Shown: positions 37,368-48,462, numbered from the stretch's first letter. The stretch is 64,000 nt of DNA from Bifidobacteriaceae bacterium (GCA_031268215.1 JAIRXP010000030.1:44463-108462), one strand, 5' to 3'. Made by a program: numbers and translations. Notes: a model not told the origin generated them from the letters alone.

Positions 37368-38531
37368 TCAGCCGGGCCGCCGCGACCGTGCCTGAGTTAC
37401 CAATTCATCACGGTGAACCGCCGGTTGGGCCCGCTCTGGCCCCAGTTGGGCGGCGATCTCATCCTGACTCAGTCCTTTGACCCGGCCAAGCTCGGCGGCG
37501 GAAAAACCCGCCAGACCGCGAGCCAGCACTTCACCGGCCGCGGACCGAATCTCAACCGGCTCGCCGGCCGCGAAATCACCCTCCACGGCCGTCACCCCTA
37601 CCGCCAGGAGAGACTTCTTGCCGTTGGTGATAGCGCGAGCGGCGCCATCGTCCACCGTCACGGTACCGCGCATCGAGGCGGCGTAACCTAGCCACATCCG
37701 CCGGGCGCTCAGGCGTCGCCCGGTGGCGTGGAAGAACGTGCCAACGTCCGGCTGGCCGGCCAGCGCCTCCCTAACCTGGGCGGCCCCTGCTAACAGCACC
37801 GGTATGCCCGATGACGACGCCATAGCCGCTGATTGAACCTTCGTTACCATCCCGCCAGTTCCGACCATTGAACCGCGCCCGGTCACCTCCAGGCCGCCCA
37901 ACTGACCAAAACTGGTTACGTCGCGGACCGGACGGGCACCTGGACGCGACGGCGGAGCGTCATAGAGCCCATCCACGTCAGTCAGCAGAATCAGCCCATC
38001 CGCTCGCACCAGATGGGCTACCAGCGCTGCCAGACGGTCGTTGTCGCCAAATCGGATCTCGTCGGTGGCGACGGCATCGTTCTCGTTGACAACGGGTATG
38101 ACATCCCGGTGCAGCAGCTCCCCCAGTACCCGCAAAGCATTGCGATAATGAGCACGGCGGATCGTGTCCTCGGCGGTCAGCAGGACCTGACCGACAGTCA
38201 AATCATGTACCCCAAAAGCGGCCGTGTAGGCGGCCATCAACCGGCCCTGGCCCACTGAAGCGGCTGCTTGCGCCTGAGCCAAACCCTTGGGACGGTGAAT
38301 CAGGCCCAGCCCCTCCAGGCCGGCGGCCTGCGCCCCAGAGGAAACCAGGACCGCTTCATGCCCTCCACGCACATATTCCGCGATCGCGTCGGACAGCGCG
38401 CCGAGCCGTTCGGGGCTGAAACGACCATCCGGATCAATCAGCGAAGACGAACCAATCTTGATCACGATCCGCCGGCCACCCACCAATTCGGCGCGGGTCG
38501 CGGCGGGGCGGGCGGATCGCGCAGTCATCAT
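37368..38531 (-). CDS. proB: Glutamate 5-kinase (with PUA domain)
   Basis: ORF 37368..38576; likely start MMTARS (ATG 38531/38528) abutting the obg stop. [26 protein letters not shown]; C-terminal PUA ([13 protein letters not shown]...GEPVEI). Confidence 0.9.
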   Translation of the reverse strand: MMTARSARPAATRAELVGGRRIVIKIGSSSLIDPDGRFSPERLGALSDAIAEYVRGGHEAVLVSSGAQAAGLEGLGLIHRPKGLAQAQAAASVGQGRLMAAYTAAFGVHDLTVGQVLLTAEDTIRRAHYRNALRVLGELLHRDVIPVVNENDAVATDEIRFGDNDRLAALVAHLVRADGLILLTDVDGLYDAPPSRPGARPVRDVTSFGQLGGLEVTGRGSMVGTGGMVTKVQSAAMASSSGIPVLLAGAAQVREALAGQPDVGTFFHATGRRLSARRMWLGYAASMRGTVTVDDGAARAITNGKKSLLAVGVTAVEGDFAAGEPVEIRSAAGEVLARGLAGFSAAELGRVKGLSQDEIAAQLGPERAQPAVHRDELVTQARSRRPG

Positions 38532-40054
38532 TCCTCTCCTGGGTCGGTCCAGCGGCCTTCCTGTCGCTCCGTCCACAATTCGGACCGGGCCTCAGACTTG
38601 GCGTCCATCAACTCGTGGTATTCACGCCGGCGCCGCTCATTCGACCGACGTCCGGCTGACTCGATCCGCCGGTCGGAGCCGCGCGGCCCGGACAACAGTT
38701 CCGCTCCGGTGGCCAAAGTTGGTTCCCAGTCGAAAACCACGCCGCCTTCTTCCGGACCAATCACGACTTCGCTGCCGGCTGTGGCGCCAGCCCGGACCAA
38801 TTCGTCTTCGACCCCGGCCGCCGCCAGGCGGTCCGCCAGATAGCCAACCGCTTCGTCATTGGCGAAATCAGTCTGCGCTACCCAGCGTTCCGGTTTGCGG
38901 CCCCGGACCTGGAAGTACTCGCCCCGCGGCCCCTGGCGCCGTTCCACGGTGTAGCCGGGTTCATCCCGGGGTTGAGGCCGCAGGACCACCCGCCGTCCCG
39001 GCGCTCCAGCAGCGATGAACTGCGAACGTCCCTCAGTGACTTGCCGGGCCAGCTCAAAACCTAGTTCTTTCAGCCCCCGGCGGGCCACGGCAGAAATCTT
39101 GAAGACTGGCCATCCGGTCTTGAGTAGCTCTGGCATGACCAGATCGGCCAGTTCCTCCGCCTCCGGCAGATCCACCTTGTTCAGCACTATCACCCGTGGG
39201 CGGTCCATCAGCGGCTGGCTCGCCCCAACAATGCCCAGATCTTGGGAATATTGCGCCAGCTCATTCTCCAAAGCTTCGTAGTCGCTCAGCGGATCGCGTC
39301 CGGGCTCCAAGGTGGCGGCATCAATAACGTGGCAGATTACGGCCGTCCGTTCAATGTGCCGCAGAAACTCCAAGCCCAGGCCCTTGCCCTGGGAGGCTCC
39401 CGGGATCAAGCCCGGAACGTCCGCCATGGTAAAACGCATATCCCCAGCCGCTACCACTCCCAAGTTCGGCACCAAGGTGGTGAAGGGGTAATCGGCGATC
39501 TTAGGCCGGGCGGCGGACATGGCCGCGACCAGCGAAGACTTGCCGGCTGAGGGAAAACCGACCAGGGCGACATCCGCCAAGGTCTTCAGTTCCAAGACAA
39601 TCTCAAGGTCTTCCCCAGGTTCGCCCAACAAAGCGAAACCCGGCGCCTTGCGTTTGGCGGACGCCAAAGCGGCGTTCCCCAGCCCGCCTTTGCCGCCCGC
39701 CGCCGCCGTGAAGCGCGTGCCGCTCCCCACTAAGTCCGCCAGCAATTCGCCTCGGGCCGATTTGACCACGGTTCCGTCTGGCACTTTCAGTGTCCGGTCC
39801 TCGCCTGCGGCACCCATGCGGTTTGACCCCTCACCGGGGCGGCCATTGGCCGCCCGCTGGTGCGGAGCGTGATGGTAGCCCAGCAAGGTGGTCACTTGGC
39901 GGTCCACTTCAAGGATGACGCTGCCGCCGTCTCCGCCGTTGCCACCATCTGGCCCGGCCAACGGTTTGAACTTTTCGCGCCGCACTGACACGCAGCCGTT
40001 GCCGCCCTGGCCCGCGGCCAGCCACAACCGGACCTGGTCTACGAACGTTGCCAT
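38528..40054 (-). CDS. obg: GTPase Obg/CgtA
   Basis: 508 aa. Obg fold [31 protein letters not shown]1 [10 protein letters not shown]3 DVPGLI, G4 NKVD, C-terminal OCT/DUF1967-like domain. Confidence 0.95.
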   Translation of the reverse strand: MATFVDQVRLWLAAGQGGNGCVSVRREKFKPLAGPDGGNGGDGGSVILEVDRQVTTLLGYHHAPHQRAANGRPGEGSNRMGAAGEDRTLKVPDGTVVKSARGELLADLVGSGTRFTAAAGGKGGLGNAALASAKRKAPGFALLGEPGEDLEIVLELKTLADVALVGFPSAGKSSLVAAMSAARPKIADYPFTTLVPNLGVVAAGDMRFTMADVPGLIPGASQGKGLGLEFLRHIERTAVICHVIDAATLEPGRDPLSDYEALENELAQYSQDLGIVGASQPLMDRPRVIVLNKVDLPEAEELADLVMPELLKTGWPVFKISAVARRGLKELGFELARQVTEGRSQFIAAGAPGRRVVLRPQPRDEPGYTVERRQGPRGEYFQVRGRKPERWVAQTDFANDEAVGYLADRLAAAGVEDELVRAGATAGSEVVIGPEEGGVVFDWEPTLATGAELLSGPRGSDRRIESAGRRSNERRRREYHELMDAKSEARSELWTERQEGRWTDPGEE

Positions 40055-40088
40055 CGCGGTCTCTTACTGCCGCTTGACGGCTGAAGGA

Positions 40089-40340
40089 TCAGGCGTCGAC
40101 TACGTCGACGACCCGGCGCCCACCACGGGCGCCGAACTTCACTCGGCCATCCGCCAGAGCGAACAAGGTGTCATCTCCGCCGCGGCCAACCCCGTTACCG
40201 GGATGGAAGTGGGTGCCGTGCTGGCGGACAATGATCTGACCAGTCCGGACGGCCTGGCCACCAAACAGTTTGACGCCCAAACGTTGGGCGTTCGAATCGC
40301 GGCCGTTCCTGGACGAGGACGCGCCTTTCTTGTGTGCCAT
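40089..40340 (-). CDS. rpmA: 50S ribosomal protein L27
   Basis: [24 protein letters not shown]...[11 protein letters not shown]. Confidence 0.95.
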   Translation of the reverse strand: MAHKKGASSSRNGRDSNAQRLGVKLFGGQAVRTGQIIVRQHGTHFHPGNGVGRGGDDTLFALADGRVKFGARGGRRVVDVVDA

Positions 40341-40355
40341 TAGCTTGCGCTCCCT

Positions 40356-40676
40356 TTACTCGATCCCAGTGACCTTGACGCGAGTCAGATCTTGGCGGTG
40401 GCCCTGCCTGCGGCTCTGGCCGGTCTTGTTCTTATAGGTGAAGATGTTGATCTTCTTGCCCCGCTCATTGCCAACCACCTCAGCGGTGACCTTGATCTTC
40501 TTCAGGGCCTTCGGCGAGCTGGTGATCTTGTCGCCGTCAACCAGCAGCAGGGCCGGCAGTTCGATGCTGTCGCCTGGGGCCTCCGGCCGACGGTCCAAAA
40601 CGACCTCATCCCCGACGGACACCTTCTCCTGGCGGCCACCGGCCCTAACTATCGCGTACACCACGAACTTCTCCAT
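40356..40676 (-). CDS. rplU: 50S ribosomal protein L21
   Basis: 106 aa. [22 protein letters not shown]...[29 protein letters not shown]. Confidence 0.95.
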   Translation of the reverse strand: MEKFVVYAIVRAGGRQEKVSVGDEVVLDRRPEAPGDSIELPALLLVDGDKITSSPKALKKIKVTAEVVGNERGKKINIFTYKNKTGQSRRQGHRQDLTRVKVTGIE

Positions 40677-40761
40677 CTATTGCGGCACAGCTTTCACCCT
40701 GCCAGGGTCTTACAGAAGATTTAATCTGGGCGCTCCACGCTGGCGGGCGCACCGACCTAAT

Positions 40762-40791
40762 AGATTACGGTCAAGGCGGTAGCCAGGTCAA
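40762..40791 (-). promoter_or_regulatory. Candidate sigma-A-type promoter for rplU-rpmA-obg
   Basis: Minus strand TTGACC (40791-40786), 18-nt spacer, TAATCT (40767-40762), ~85 nt upstream of the rplU ATG. The -35 overlaps the stop of the preceding gene. Pattern match only. Confidence 0.35.
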
Positions 40792-42008
40792 ACTGAAGCG
40801 GCCTGGTGTCTCTCATTGGGCATCTCGCGGCGCCGTCTTCTCAACGGTATGACCGCCGCGGCGGCTAGCAGCGCCACCAGTAGTCCCAACCACACCCACG
40901 GCACGGTCCAAATGGTGCTAGCCCGGCTGGCCGAGGCACTGGCGCCTTCCGCTCCCAGACCCACCGCGACGGCATCGACCGTCACTTCTGTGGTGGTGCG
41001 CATCAACGGAAACACTCCGGCGACCGTAACTTCGCGGGCCAAGTACGAACCCGGCAATATCTCCGGCAGCACCGACCCGTCGGCGCCGTCCCGGCCGCCC
41101 CAGCCGAACGGCCCATGCACATCAATGCGTTCGGTTGGCACCAGCCGAGCGGACCCGGTGTTGGTCAGCGTGTAGGTGACCTTCAGGCTGCCCGAGGTGA
41201 AGGGATTGATCGATCCGCTGGCCTTGACCCGCAGATCGGAGATCGTCAAGCCAGGGTCAATCTGGCCGTTGAGATTCAGATACGCCCGCAGGGCTAGACG
41301 GCGGTCTACGCGGACGGACGCGGCGGCCGGGTCCTCAGCTAGAGAAGTGACTATCCCGCCAGCGTGGTCACCGGGGCTGGCGTCCGCCGGAATGCTCCAC
41401 CGCAGCGGCACGGTCACAGAGGTGGCTGGCTCCAAAGTCAACTCGGTGCTTACCAGGCCAGGCCAAGTGGCCTCCCGCTCCCCGTCCGCGGATGGCTCCG
41501 GTCCGTTGGCCTCCTCTAGAGCGGCGGGCGTGGGAAAGGGCTCACCAAAGGTGACCCAGGCGCCAGCATCGCTCGGCGTTTCGGAAGCCAGCGACAGGTC
41601 AAGCAGGCCATCCGGGGTGGTGTAAGCGTCTGCGGCGTAGACCTTCAGACGCAACGGCTCGCTGGCCCGGGACTCGATCACGATTCCGTCGTCAATTGAG
41701 CCTCCGGGAGCAACCAGGTAGTTGTAGTGCGGCCGATGGTTGCCGAGCGGGCCGTTGGCCGGGGACAAAGCCCAGCCAACGGCCCCTCCAGGTTCCCCTC
41801 CGCCAGCCGCCTCGGCGACCTCGTTCCCGGCGGAAGGGGAAGGAGCCGGTTCGGCTCCACTCAATCCGTTCTCTCCAGCGGCCGCCACCGGCCGGAACGG
41901 ATTGGTAATCGCGGCCTGGGCACCCGCCAACGGGCTCAGAATGGCGGAACCAAGCACCGTCCCCAGCGCTACTGCGGATAGCGCCAGACGGGCACCCAGG
42001 CCACGCAT
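40788..42008 (-). CDS. DUF916/DUF3324-like cell-surface protein (CscA-like partner of WxL-type proteins), C-terminal TM anchor
   Basis: 406 aa. Signal peptide, then WALSPANGPLGNHRPHYNYLVAPGGSIDDGIVIESRASEPLRLKVYAADAYTTPDG and PADASPGDHAGGIV (pattern I associate with DUF916). C-terminal TM WVWLGLLVALLAAAAVIPLRRRRR. ATGA overlap with the upstream gene. Family assignment is from memory, not a search. Confidence 0.5.
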   Translation of the reverse strand: MRGLGARLALSAVALGTVLGSAILSPLAGAQAAITNPFRPVAAAGENGLSGAEPAPSPSAGNEVAEAAGGGEPGGAVGWALSPANGPLGNHRPHYNYLVAPGGSIDDGIVIESRASEPLRLKVYAADAYTTPDGLLDLSLASETPSDAGAWVTFGEPFPTPAALEEANGPEPSADGEREATWPGLVSTELTLEPATSVTVPLRWSIPADASPGDHAGGIVTSLAEDPAAASVRVDRRLALRAYLNLNGQIDPGLTISDLRVKASGSINPFTSGSLKVTYTLTNTGSARLVPTERIDVHGPFGWGGRDGADGSVLPEILPGSYLAREVTVAGVFPLMRTTTEVTVDAVAVGLGAEGASASASRASTIWTVPWVWLGLLVALLAAAAVIPLRRRRREMPNERHQAASV

Positions 42009-42010
42009 TG

Positions 42011-43822
42011 TCAGCCCACTGCCGTGATAGTCAGCAAGCTGGTGTAACTGCCGGCCGGAGTTGAGGCCGGAGCCTTCAAGTCCAGGGTGGCCGCCACAGT
42101 GGCGCTGCCCAGCACGTGGCCAGCGGCCCCGAACGCCAGAGTCTTGGCCTGTGACAATCCGCCGGACACATTCGGCGCCACGGCCGCACCGGCCTGAGCG
42201 CCAGCCCCGGCGTTAGCGACCACTGGAGTCCAGCCCAGGTACTGAGCGCCGAAACTTCCGGCTGGGCCGGTGAAGTCAGCGGCCTGACCAGTCAGCGACC
42301 ATGCGGCTGCGGTAGTCCGAGTGTCCGTCACCTCGATATTCGGCAGGGCACCGTTGGCAGCGAACAGACCGGCACTTTCAGCCGCGGTCCCCAAGGACAC
42401 CGCCGCGCTGCCAGCCACTCGCCAAGAGAACTCGCCCGGATCCGGCTCGCCAGAGCCCTCCGGGATCTCGACCTCGATCGGCAATCCAGGCACGAATTCC
42501 AACGGCGTATAGGTCTCAAAAGCCGGCTGGGCCGCGCCCCCACCGGGATAGGTGTAGATGCCGTAGTTGCCGCCGACTAGACCCTTGGCGTTGGCCGCCT
42601 GATCAGCCGCCTGCTGCGAAACCTCAAAGGTCGCCGTGAAGGTACCCGCAGGGCTCAACACGATTGCGCCGTTGGAAGCCCCACCGACTTGGTTGATCGA
42701 TTCTTCCGGCACGGCCCACTTCACGACCGCGGTGGGCCGGGAATTCGCCGAGGCGCCTTCCGAGGGCCGCCACGTGTCAGCGAAGCGCCCAAACCCAACG
42801 TAGACACCACCGGCCTTGCCCGCCAGAGGCGGATACACAGCGGTGGAAGCGGTCGGGTCAAATCCGCTGCCGTTCACGGTGATGGTGGTCACGCCGTCCG
42901 CTGAGACCACCACGCGCGACACCTTGACCTCCGGGTTCACCGGGGCGGGCGGCGAGGCGATAGCCCAGCCCACTGTCACCGCGTTGGCCGGCTTCTTGGG
43001 ATCCGCGGCCCCACCGGAGGAGTACCAGTAGGAACTCTGCCCGGTCAGGACCTGGAAATCAACGAAGTCCTGTGGGAAGGATCCCCAATCGGCACCCGCC
43101 TTAGACTGGTTCCCCGTGCTGTTCTCCACGCCACGGTAGAGCGGCGCCAAGGAGAAGCCGTCTTCGCTTAGCTGGACATTCTCGAAGTTTGCCAGAGTGA
43201 CTTCCCGAGGGCTGATCTGCGCCCACACGTTCGGGTCGTTCATGTCGGCGCCATAACCGGAGGCCGTCGCCGTCAAGGTGGCAGTACCGTCAGCCGCTAC
43301 CGTCAGCTTCGGGTCCGATGCCGACCAGTACGTCAGGCCGCCGTAGAAGGCCGCCGTAAAGCTACCGTCCCAGCTAATCGATGCCGTGCCAGAGGCCAGA
43401 TCGACGTTGCCGGCGCCATTGGTGATGACCACCCGGTTGCCGCTGGTCGAACCAGCGGCCGTACCGACCGTCCCGCCGGCGGCGTTTTGGCACTTGGTGG
43501 CCCAAGTGGTGGCCTGCCAGCCGCTATCGGCGGTCGGCTTTTCGATTCTGGCATTGCCTTCGGAGGCCTTCCAGAATCCGTCCGCTTCGGACCAGGCCCG
43601 CGACTTGCCTGTGTCGCCAGCCACACCGGCGCTCAAGAAGTTGCAGCCCCCGAAGTAGGCTCCGCCGCCTGATTCGTCGTTGACGGACCAGGCCAGAGTG
43701 ACGCCGGAGACGTTCTCAGGGGAGGCACTGGCCGCCCCTGAGAAGACCACGGCCCCGCCCAGGGCCAGCGCGCCGGCTGCCAGCAAACTGGCGGCACGCC
43801 GTATTGGTAAAGCATTTGTCAT
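42011..43822 (-). CDS. Secreted three-module protein: paralog-domain A, paralog-domain B, WxL-like C-terminal domain
   Basis: ORF 42011..43867 trimmed to MTNALPIRRAASLLAAGALALGGAVVFSGAASA (ATG 43822, ATGA overlap). Domain A (YFGGCNFLSAG...SISWDGSFTAAFYGGLTYWSASDPKLTVAADGTATLTATASGYG...FVDFQVLTGQSSYWYSSGG) is paralogous to ORF 43819..45159. Domain B (GGVYVGFGRFADTWRPSEG) is paralogous to ORF 45156..46511. The C-terminus (AAWSLTGQAADF...YLGWTPVV...PAGSYTSLLTITAVG) resembles WxL domains. Confidence 0.55.
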   Translation of the reverse strand: MTNALPIRRAASLLAAGALALGGAVVFSGAASASPENVSGVTLAWSVNDESGGGAYFGGCNFLSAGVAGDTGKSRAWSEADGFWKASEGNARIEKPTADSGWQATTWATKCQNAAGGTVGTAAGSTSGNRVVITNGAGNVDLASGTASISWDGSFTAAFYGGLTYWSASDPKLTVAADGTATLTATASGYGADMNDPNVWAQISPREVTLANFENVQLSEDGFSLAPLYRGVENSTGNQSKAGADWGSFPQDFVDFQVLTGQSSYWYSSGGAADPKKPANAVTVGWAIASPPAPVNPEVKVSRVVVSADGVTTITVNGSGFDPTASTAVYPPLAGKAGGVYVGFGRFADTWRPSEGASANSRPTAVVKWAVPEESINQVGGASNGAIVLSPAGTFTATFEVSQQAADQAANAKGLVGGNYGIYTYPGGGAAQPAFETYTPLEFVPGLPIEVEIPEGSGEPDPGEFSWRVAGSAAVSLGTAAESAGLFAANGALPNIEVTDTRTTAAAWSLTGQAADFTGPAGSFGAQYLGWTPVVANAGAGAQAGAAVAPNVSGGLSQAKTLAFGAAGHVLGSATVAATLDLKAPASTPAGSYTSLLTITAVG

Positions 43823-45159
43823 GAGACAATTCCTTTCGGTTGAAGCCGGAACCAACCACGTCGCCAAGCGATCAAGGCAAATGAGGCTGATACCAGCAGG
43901 GTGAGAATCGCGGCCTGGGCCGCGATCGAGGTGCCGGCGTATGGATCACGCTCAGGCACCAAGTCTTTGTGGGCTAGCGCCGCGACCACGGCATCAGGGC
44001 GCATCCCCCAAGGGTTGCCGGCGTCCGTGGCGCCGGTGGCCCCGCCCTGGCTTTGGCCGGACACTGCGACCGCCTGGGGCAGCGCTAATCCACCGCCCCA
44101 GCCGCTGGTGGCGGTGCTGCCGCCGCCCGGTGCTGACACCACCGGCGATTCGACCGGACTGGCCGCGTCCCAACTGACATAGACCGGGTCCGGTGGTTTG
44201 CGGTAATCAATCGCGGAGCCAGACGAATACCAGTACGAATGCAATCCCGTGATGCCCTGGAAGTCCACGAAGGACTGCGGCCAAGCTCCAGGCGCGTTGG
44301 AATCCACCAGCCGCTGATCCGGAGCGCCGGCCGGCACATTGATCTGGCGGCCCGCATAAGCGTGCTTTAGGGTCAGTCCGTTGGCACTGGTCAGGGCCCC
44401 TTCATCCGCGTTCGCGTTGGCGGTGGTTGGGGCCGTCGCCAGGACCATGGCTGTGTCCGGATGCCGTCCCCAAGCGCCGCCTTCGCGGGGCGACCCGTAG
44501 CCACCTCCGGTGGCACTCAACGTGGCAGAGCCTTTGGCGTCAATGGTTAGAACTGGGTTTTCTACCCAGAAGTAGGTCAGACCGTCGTAGTAGACAACGG
44601 TGAAGGTGCCCTGCCATTCAATGTGCGCTTGGCCGCTTTCGGCATCGCGCCACCCAGTGCCGCCCGTAAGTTGGATTTGGGTGTCTGTGTAGGTCGAGGC
44701 CGACTGCTTGGCGGCGTTGTACTGAACCGGCTGACCAGATGAGTCCAGGCAGCGGCGGTCGAATGGGACCGCCGCGCCCGCGGCGTTGATGGCCTTGGCG
44801 TTGCCAGATTCAGCGTGATAGAGCCCCTGTCCCCAGCCTCCGGGTTCCCATTCCTGGGCGGCGCCGGCGTTGCCATCCGCCCCCGGGCGGCCGGCCATCA
44901 GGAAGTTGCAGGCACCGTAGTAGCTCTTTCCCCGCGTTTCCAGGTTAAAGCCCCAGATCAATTGGGCGTTACTGAGAGTGTCGCGGGTGGTGCCGCCTGG
45001 CCCATCGCCGGTTCCGTCATCCGGAATGGTCACCGAAATGGCAATCTGTCCAGTGCTGCCGTCTCCGCCCGGATCCGCCCACGAGGCGCCGCTGGGCACC
45101 GCCAGGGCAGCCCCCAATGCCACCATGGTCAACCCCAGGAGCAGACCCGCCCGCTTCAC
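43819..45159 (-). CDS. Secreted, C-terminally TM-anchored protein with paralog-domain A (context suggests a heme/iron-acquisition receptor)
   Basis: 446 aa. Signal peptide. YYGACNFLMAG...HIEWQGTFTVVYYDGLTYFWVENPVLTIDAKGSATLSATGGGYG...FVDFQGITGLHSYWYSSGS. C-terminal TM AAQAAILTLLVSASFALIAWRR. Confidence 0.55.
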   Translation of the reverse strand: MKRAGLLLGLTMVALGAALAVPSGASWADPGGDGSTGQIAISVTIPDDGTGDGPGGTTRDTLSNAQLIWGFNLETRGKSYYGACNFLMAGRPGADGNAGAAQEWEPGGWGQGLYHAESGNAKAINAAGAAVPFDRRCLDSSGQPVQYNAAKQSASTYTDTQIQLTGGTGWRDAESGQAHIEWQGTFTVVYYDGLTYFWVENPVLTIDAKGSATLSATGGGYGSPREGGAWGRHPDTAMVLATAPTTANANADEGALTSANGLTLKHAYAGRQINVPAGAPDQRLVDSNAPGAWPQSFVDFQGITGLHSYWYSSGSAIDYRKPPDPVYVSWDAASPVESPVVSAPGGGSTATSGWGGGLALPQAVAVSGQSQGGATGATDAGNPWGMRPDAVVAALAHKDLVPERDPYAGTSIAAQAAILTLLVSASFALIAWRRGWFRLQPKGIVS

Positions 45160-46511
45160 AGCACCTCTCCAGAGCTGATCGGAGCAGTCACCGTGTCGAG
45201 GCCGGCCACCGCCATTTCCACGGTCTGCGCGGCCTGGGCCGGCTGCGCCGATTCAGCGGTTTGAGCGTTTTGAACTGGCTGCGGGGCTTGGGCCGGCTGC
45301 GGCTTGCCGGGCTCAACGGGCGGCCGCTGGCCGGGCGCCCCATGACCCGCGCGCGAGCGGCCACGCCGACGGATTCGCCCCGCGCCAGGCACCCGATCAG
45401 CCCTGGCGGCCGGCCGGCCGCTCCGCGCGGCGCGCGCCCGGCGGGCCGCCGCCGCTCCGCTCAAGGAACCCACCAGGACCAGCAAGAAGACAATCGCCGC
45501 CACCACGATCGCGATCTCCCAGGCCCCCAGAGAACGTTCTTCACCAGTTCTGGCACCGCCCTGGGCGGCCTCGGCGGCCGCTTCCGCTAAGGACGGATCC
45601 CGCCGGACAGTGACCAGGGCCTCCGCCGCGGCTCCCGACGCAGCACCCGTGAGGGTCAAAGTATGAGAGCCCACCCTCAAGTCAGGGTCTAGCTGAATGG
45701 TTGAGGCTACCTCTCCGAACTGCCCGGCGGTCAACGGCCCAACTGATACCACGCCATCGTCCAACACCGCCGTCACCTGCTCACCGGGCGCGAATCCGCG
45801 GGCCGTGAAAGCCAGCCCGTGCCCCGCCACCGCCGTCGTCGCGTCCACCCCAACAGTGGGCACGCCGCCTGCCACAGCCGCGGCGGCCGGATTGGCTTCG
45901 CCAGCCTCGCCAGTCGCACCGCCAGTGTCAGCTCCCTGGTTCGCCCCGCCGGCGCCGAAGGTCACCTGCGTGAAAGTCTCATTGTTGGCGTTGACCACCG
46001 CGTGGGCACCAATCGTGATGACACCACACTGGACCTGGCGGCAGTCCACAGCGACGGTCTTGCCAGATGCGTCCTCCACTTCAAAGACCGGACCCGGCAC
46101 CTCAATCGTTGTGGACCATGATCCGTCAGCCGCGATTGTGCCGCCGTTCGCTGAGGCGGCCGTCTCCGAACCGGGGAAAGCGACAAACTTCTCCCGACCG
46201 GCGTTGTTCTTGGCCTGGACATCCGGCACATACAGGTACTCCCGCCCGCCGGTGCCCCCGGCCGAGGGCCGCCAATTCCCAGAAACCGAGCCGAACAGCA
46301 CGTAGATGCCGCCAAACCCACCCTGAATCGACTGGAAACCCCGGCCAGACAGTTTCAGGCTGGTGGGGCCATCAGTGTTGGCCACCGCCGCACCGCCGAC
46401 CCCCGACACGCTGACGCTCGCGCCGGCCGCCCAAGCTGGAGAGACGGCCGACCCGGCCACCAGGGCGACGCCGGCCAGCGTTCCCGCCACAACTCTCTTC
46501 ACGCCGCGCAC
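45156..46511 (-). CDS. Secreted, TM-anchored protein with paralog-domain B and an Ig-like domain; Pro/Gln-rich cytoplasmic tail
   Basis: 451 aa. Signal peptide (AVSPAWAAG). GGFGGIYVLFGSVSGNWRPSAGG...VDCRQVQCGVITIGAH. TM AWEIAIVVAAIVFLLVLVGSL followed by an Arg-rich then PQ-rich tail. Confidence 0.55.
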   Translation of the reverse strand: MRGVKRVVAGTLAGVALVAGSAVSPAWAAGASVSVSGVGGAAVANTDGPTSLKLSGRGFQSIQGGFGGIYVLFGSVSGNWRPSAGGTGGREYLYVPDVQAKNNAGREKFVAFPGSETAASANGGTIAADGSWSTTIEVPGPVFEVEDASGKTVAVDCRQVQCGVITIGAHAVVNANNETFTQVTFGAGGANQGADTGGATGEAGEANPAAAAVAGGVPTVGVDATTAVAGHGLAFTARGFAPGEQVTAVLDDGVVSVGPLTAGQFGEVASTIQLDPDLRVGSHTLTLTGAASGAAAEALVTVRRDPSLAEAAAEAAQGGARTGEERSLGAWEIAIVVAAIVFLLVLVGSLSGAAAARRARAARSGRPAARADRVPGAGRIRRRGRSRAGHGAPGQRPPVEPGKPQPAQAPQPVQNAQTAESAQPAQAAQTVEMAVAGLDTVTAPISSGEVL

Positions 46512-47287
46512 GCCATCACGCCCCTAATTGGAGCAACCAACGGCCCAGCCCCGCCCACACCGCCAATGACTTCGATCGGATGCTGATACAACTCGCTGAG
46601 GCGCCCGGCCGTCGCGACCTGGGCCACCGGCCCAACGCCCACCAAGACCCCGTCGCCAATCAGCGCCAGCTGGTCTGCCCACGCCGCGGCGAGGGACAAG
46701 TCGTGCAACACCGCCAGCACGGCCCGGCCCCGGCTGGCCTCCCGCCGCGCCAACGCCATGACCATCTCTTGATGGCGGATATCCAACGCCGCGGTGGGCT
46801 CATCAAGGAGCAGAATCTCAGCGTCCTGGGCCAGGGCCCGCGCGAAGCTGACCCTGGCTTTCTCGCCGCCAGACAAAGTTTGGAAGACGCGCCTGGCCAG
46901 CCCAAGCGCGTCGGTAGCGTCCAACGCGGCGGCCACGGCGGCATCGTCCGCGTCGGTGTCCTCTCCCCGCCACGGAGCCCTCCCCATACGCACCACATCC
47001 GCGACCGTGAACGGGAATGACATAGGGGCTTCCTGTAGCATGACGGCCCGCTTACGGGCGAGCACTCTGGGGCCGATGCCGTCCAACGGCTGCCCGCCCA
47101 ACGTCACCTGGCCCGCCGTCGGCTTCAGATCGCCCGCCAGGACAGCCAAGAGAGTCGATTTTCCAGCCCCATTCGGTCCCGCCAAGGCCATTATCTCTCC
47201 CGGGTTGACCCTCAAATCAACACCGCGCAAAATCCGAGCCGGGCCAATCTTGTAATGGACGCCTTGCGCCCGGAGCGCTCCCGTCAT
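46499..47287 (-). CDS. hmuV: Heme/iron-complex ABC transporter ATP-binding protein (HmuV-like)
   Basis: 262 aa. Walker A GPNGAGKSTLL, signature LSGGEKARV, Walker B ILLLDEPTAALD, H-loop VLHDLSLAA. Overall pattern matches HmuV/FecE-type ATPases. Confidence 0.85.
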   Translation of the reverse strand: MTGALRAQGVHYKIGPARILRGVDLRVNPGEIMALAGPNGAGKSTLLAVLAGDLKPTAGQVTLGGQPLDGIGPRVLARKRAVMLQEAPMSFPFTVADVVRMGRAPWRGEDTDADDAAVAAALDATDALGLARRVFQTLSGGEKARVSFARALAQDAEILLLDEPTAALDIRHQEMVMALARREASRGRAVLAVLHDLSLAAAWADQLALIGDGVLVGVGPVAQVATAGRLSELYQHPIEVIGGVGGAGPLVAPIRGVMACAA

Positions 47288-48462
47288 CCCCAGCCCCCAG
47301 CCTGACGGCGTGTCCGTCGCAACAGATAGAAGAAGAACGGTCCCCCAACCAATGCGGTCAGCATGCCGATGGGAAGATCGGCGTAATCAACCAGGGTGCG
47401 GGCGGCCAGATCAGCGGCCATCAGCAAGGCCGCTCCTCCCAACGCGCTGGCCGGCAGCAATACCCGGTGCCCGGGCCCCAGGATCATCCGGATCAGGTGC
47501 GGCACCACCAGCCCAACGAAGGCGATGATTCCGCTGAACGCCACGGCGGCGGCGGTCAGGAACGCCACCAGAACTATGGACCAAATCCGCAGCCGCTCCA
47601 CATCCACACCCAGGTGCCGGGCCGGGCGTTCCCCCAGAGCCAGCAGGTCCAGACCCCGGGCCAAGGCCATGGCCGCCACCGCCCCAGCGATCACAATTGG
47701 TGCCGCCACGGCCACGTACTGCCAGCGGGTGCCGTTGAGCGAACCGAGTTGCCAGAAGATGATCTCCTCGCGGGCGGAAGTGTCCGCCAAGAAGACAAAT
47801 AGGGCGATCACCGCCCCAGCCATGGCGTTGACCGCCACGCCGGTCAGCACCAGGGTCACCACCTCGGTTCGGCCATCGGACCGGGCCAGACCGTAGACCA
47901 GGAAAGTGGTGCCCAAGCCGCCCGCAAAGGCCAGTAGGGCAATCCCCCAAGGTCCCAGCGCGCCCAGGCCAAGCGCCATTCCACCGCAAGCGGCCGCAGC
48001 CGCTCCGGAACTCACTCCAATGACTCCCGGCTCAGCCAAGGGATTGCGGAAAACACCCTGCATTAAAGCTCCGGCGGTCGCCAACGCCGCACCGGATAGC
48101 CCGGCCAGCGCCAAACGGGGTAAGCGGATCGACATCACCACCGCGTCCGCGTTGGGCGCCGCCGGCTCGGGGCCCAGCATCAGGCCCATGCGCGCTGCCA
48201 GCACGTGGATGACCTCGCCCGGAGTCAGTCTCATCTGACCAATCCCGGCTGAGAGCAGCGCCAGCACCGCCACCGCTACGCCCAAGATGATCAGCACAGC
48301 CACTGCCCTGGCCGGCCGTGCCGGAGGCAATGCGGCCGTAAGGGCGGACCGGGACGGCGGCCCAGGCAAGACCCCGACCGCCGTCCCCGTCCTCGTGACC
48401 TCCGGCAGGCGGGCCTCAATCGCCCCGGAGGTACCCGTGGCCGGCTCAACAGCGGCGCTCAT
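47284..48462 (-). CDS. hmuU: FecCD-family ABC permease (HmuU-like)
   Basis: 392 aa, ~9-10 TM. Typical FecCD blocks (IRLPRLALAGLSGAALATAGALMQGVFRNPLAEPGVIGVSSGA; GIIAFVGLVVPHLIRM). ATGA overlaps on both sides. Confidence 0.85.
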   Translation of the reverse strand: MSAAVEPATGTSGAIEARLPEVTRTGTAVGVLPGPPSRSALTAALPPARPARAVAVLIILGVAVAVLALLSAGIGQMRLTPGEVIHVLAARMGLMLGPEPAAPNADAVVMSIRLPRLALAGLSGAALATAGALMQGVFRNPLAEPGVIGVSSGAAAAACGGMALGLGALGPWGIALLAFAGGLGTTFLVYGLARSDGRTEVVTLVLTGVAVNAMAGAVIALFVFLADTSAREEIIFWQLGSLNGTRWQYVAVAAPIVIAGAVAAMALARGLDLLALGERPARHLGVDVERLRIWSIVLVAFLTAAAVAFSGIIAFVGLVVPHLIRMILGPGHRVLLPASALGGAALLMAADLAARTLVDYADLPIGMLTALVGGPFFFYLLRRTRRQAGGWG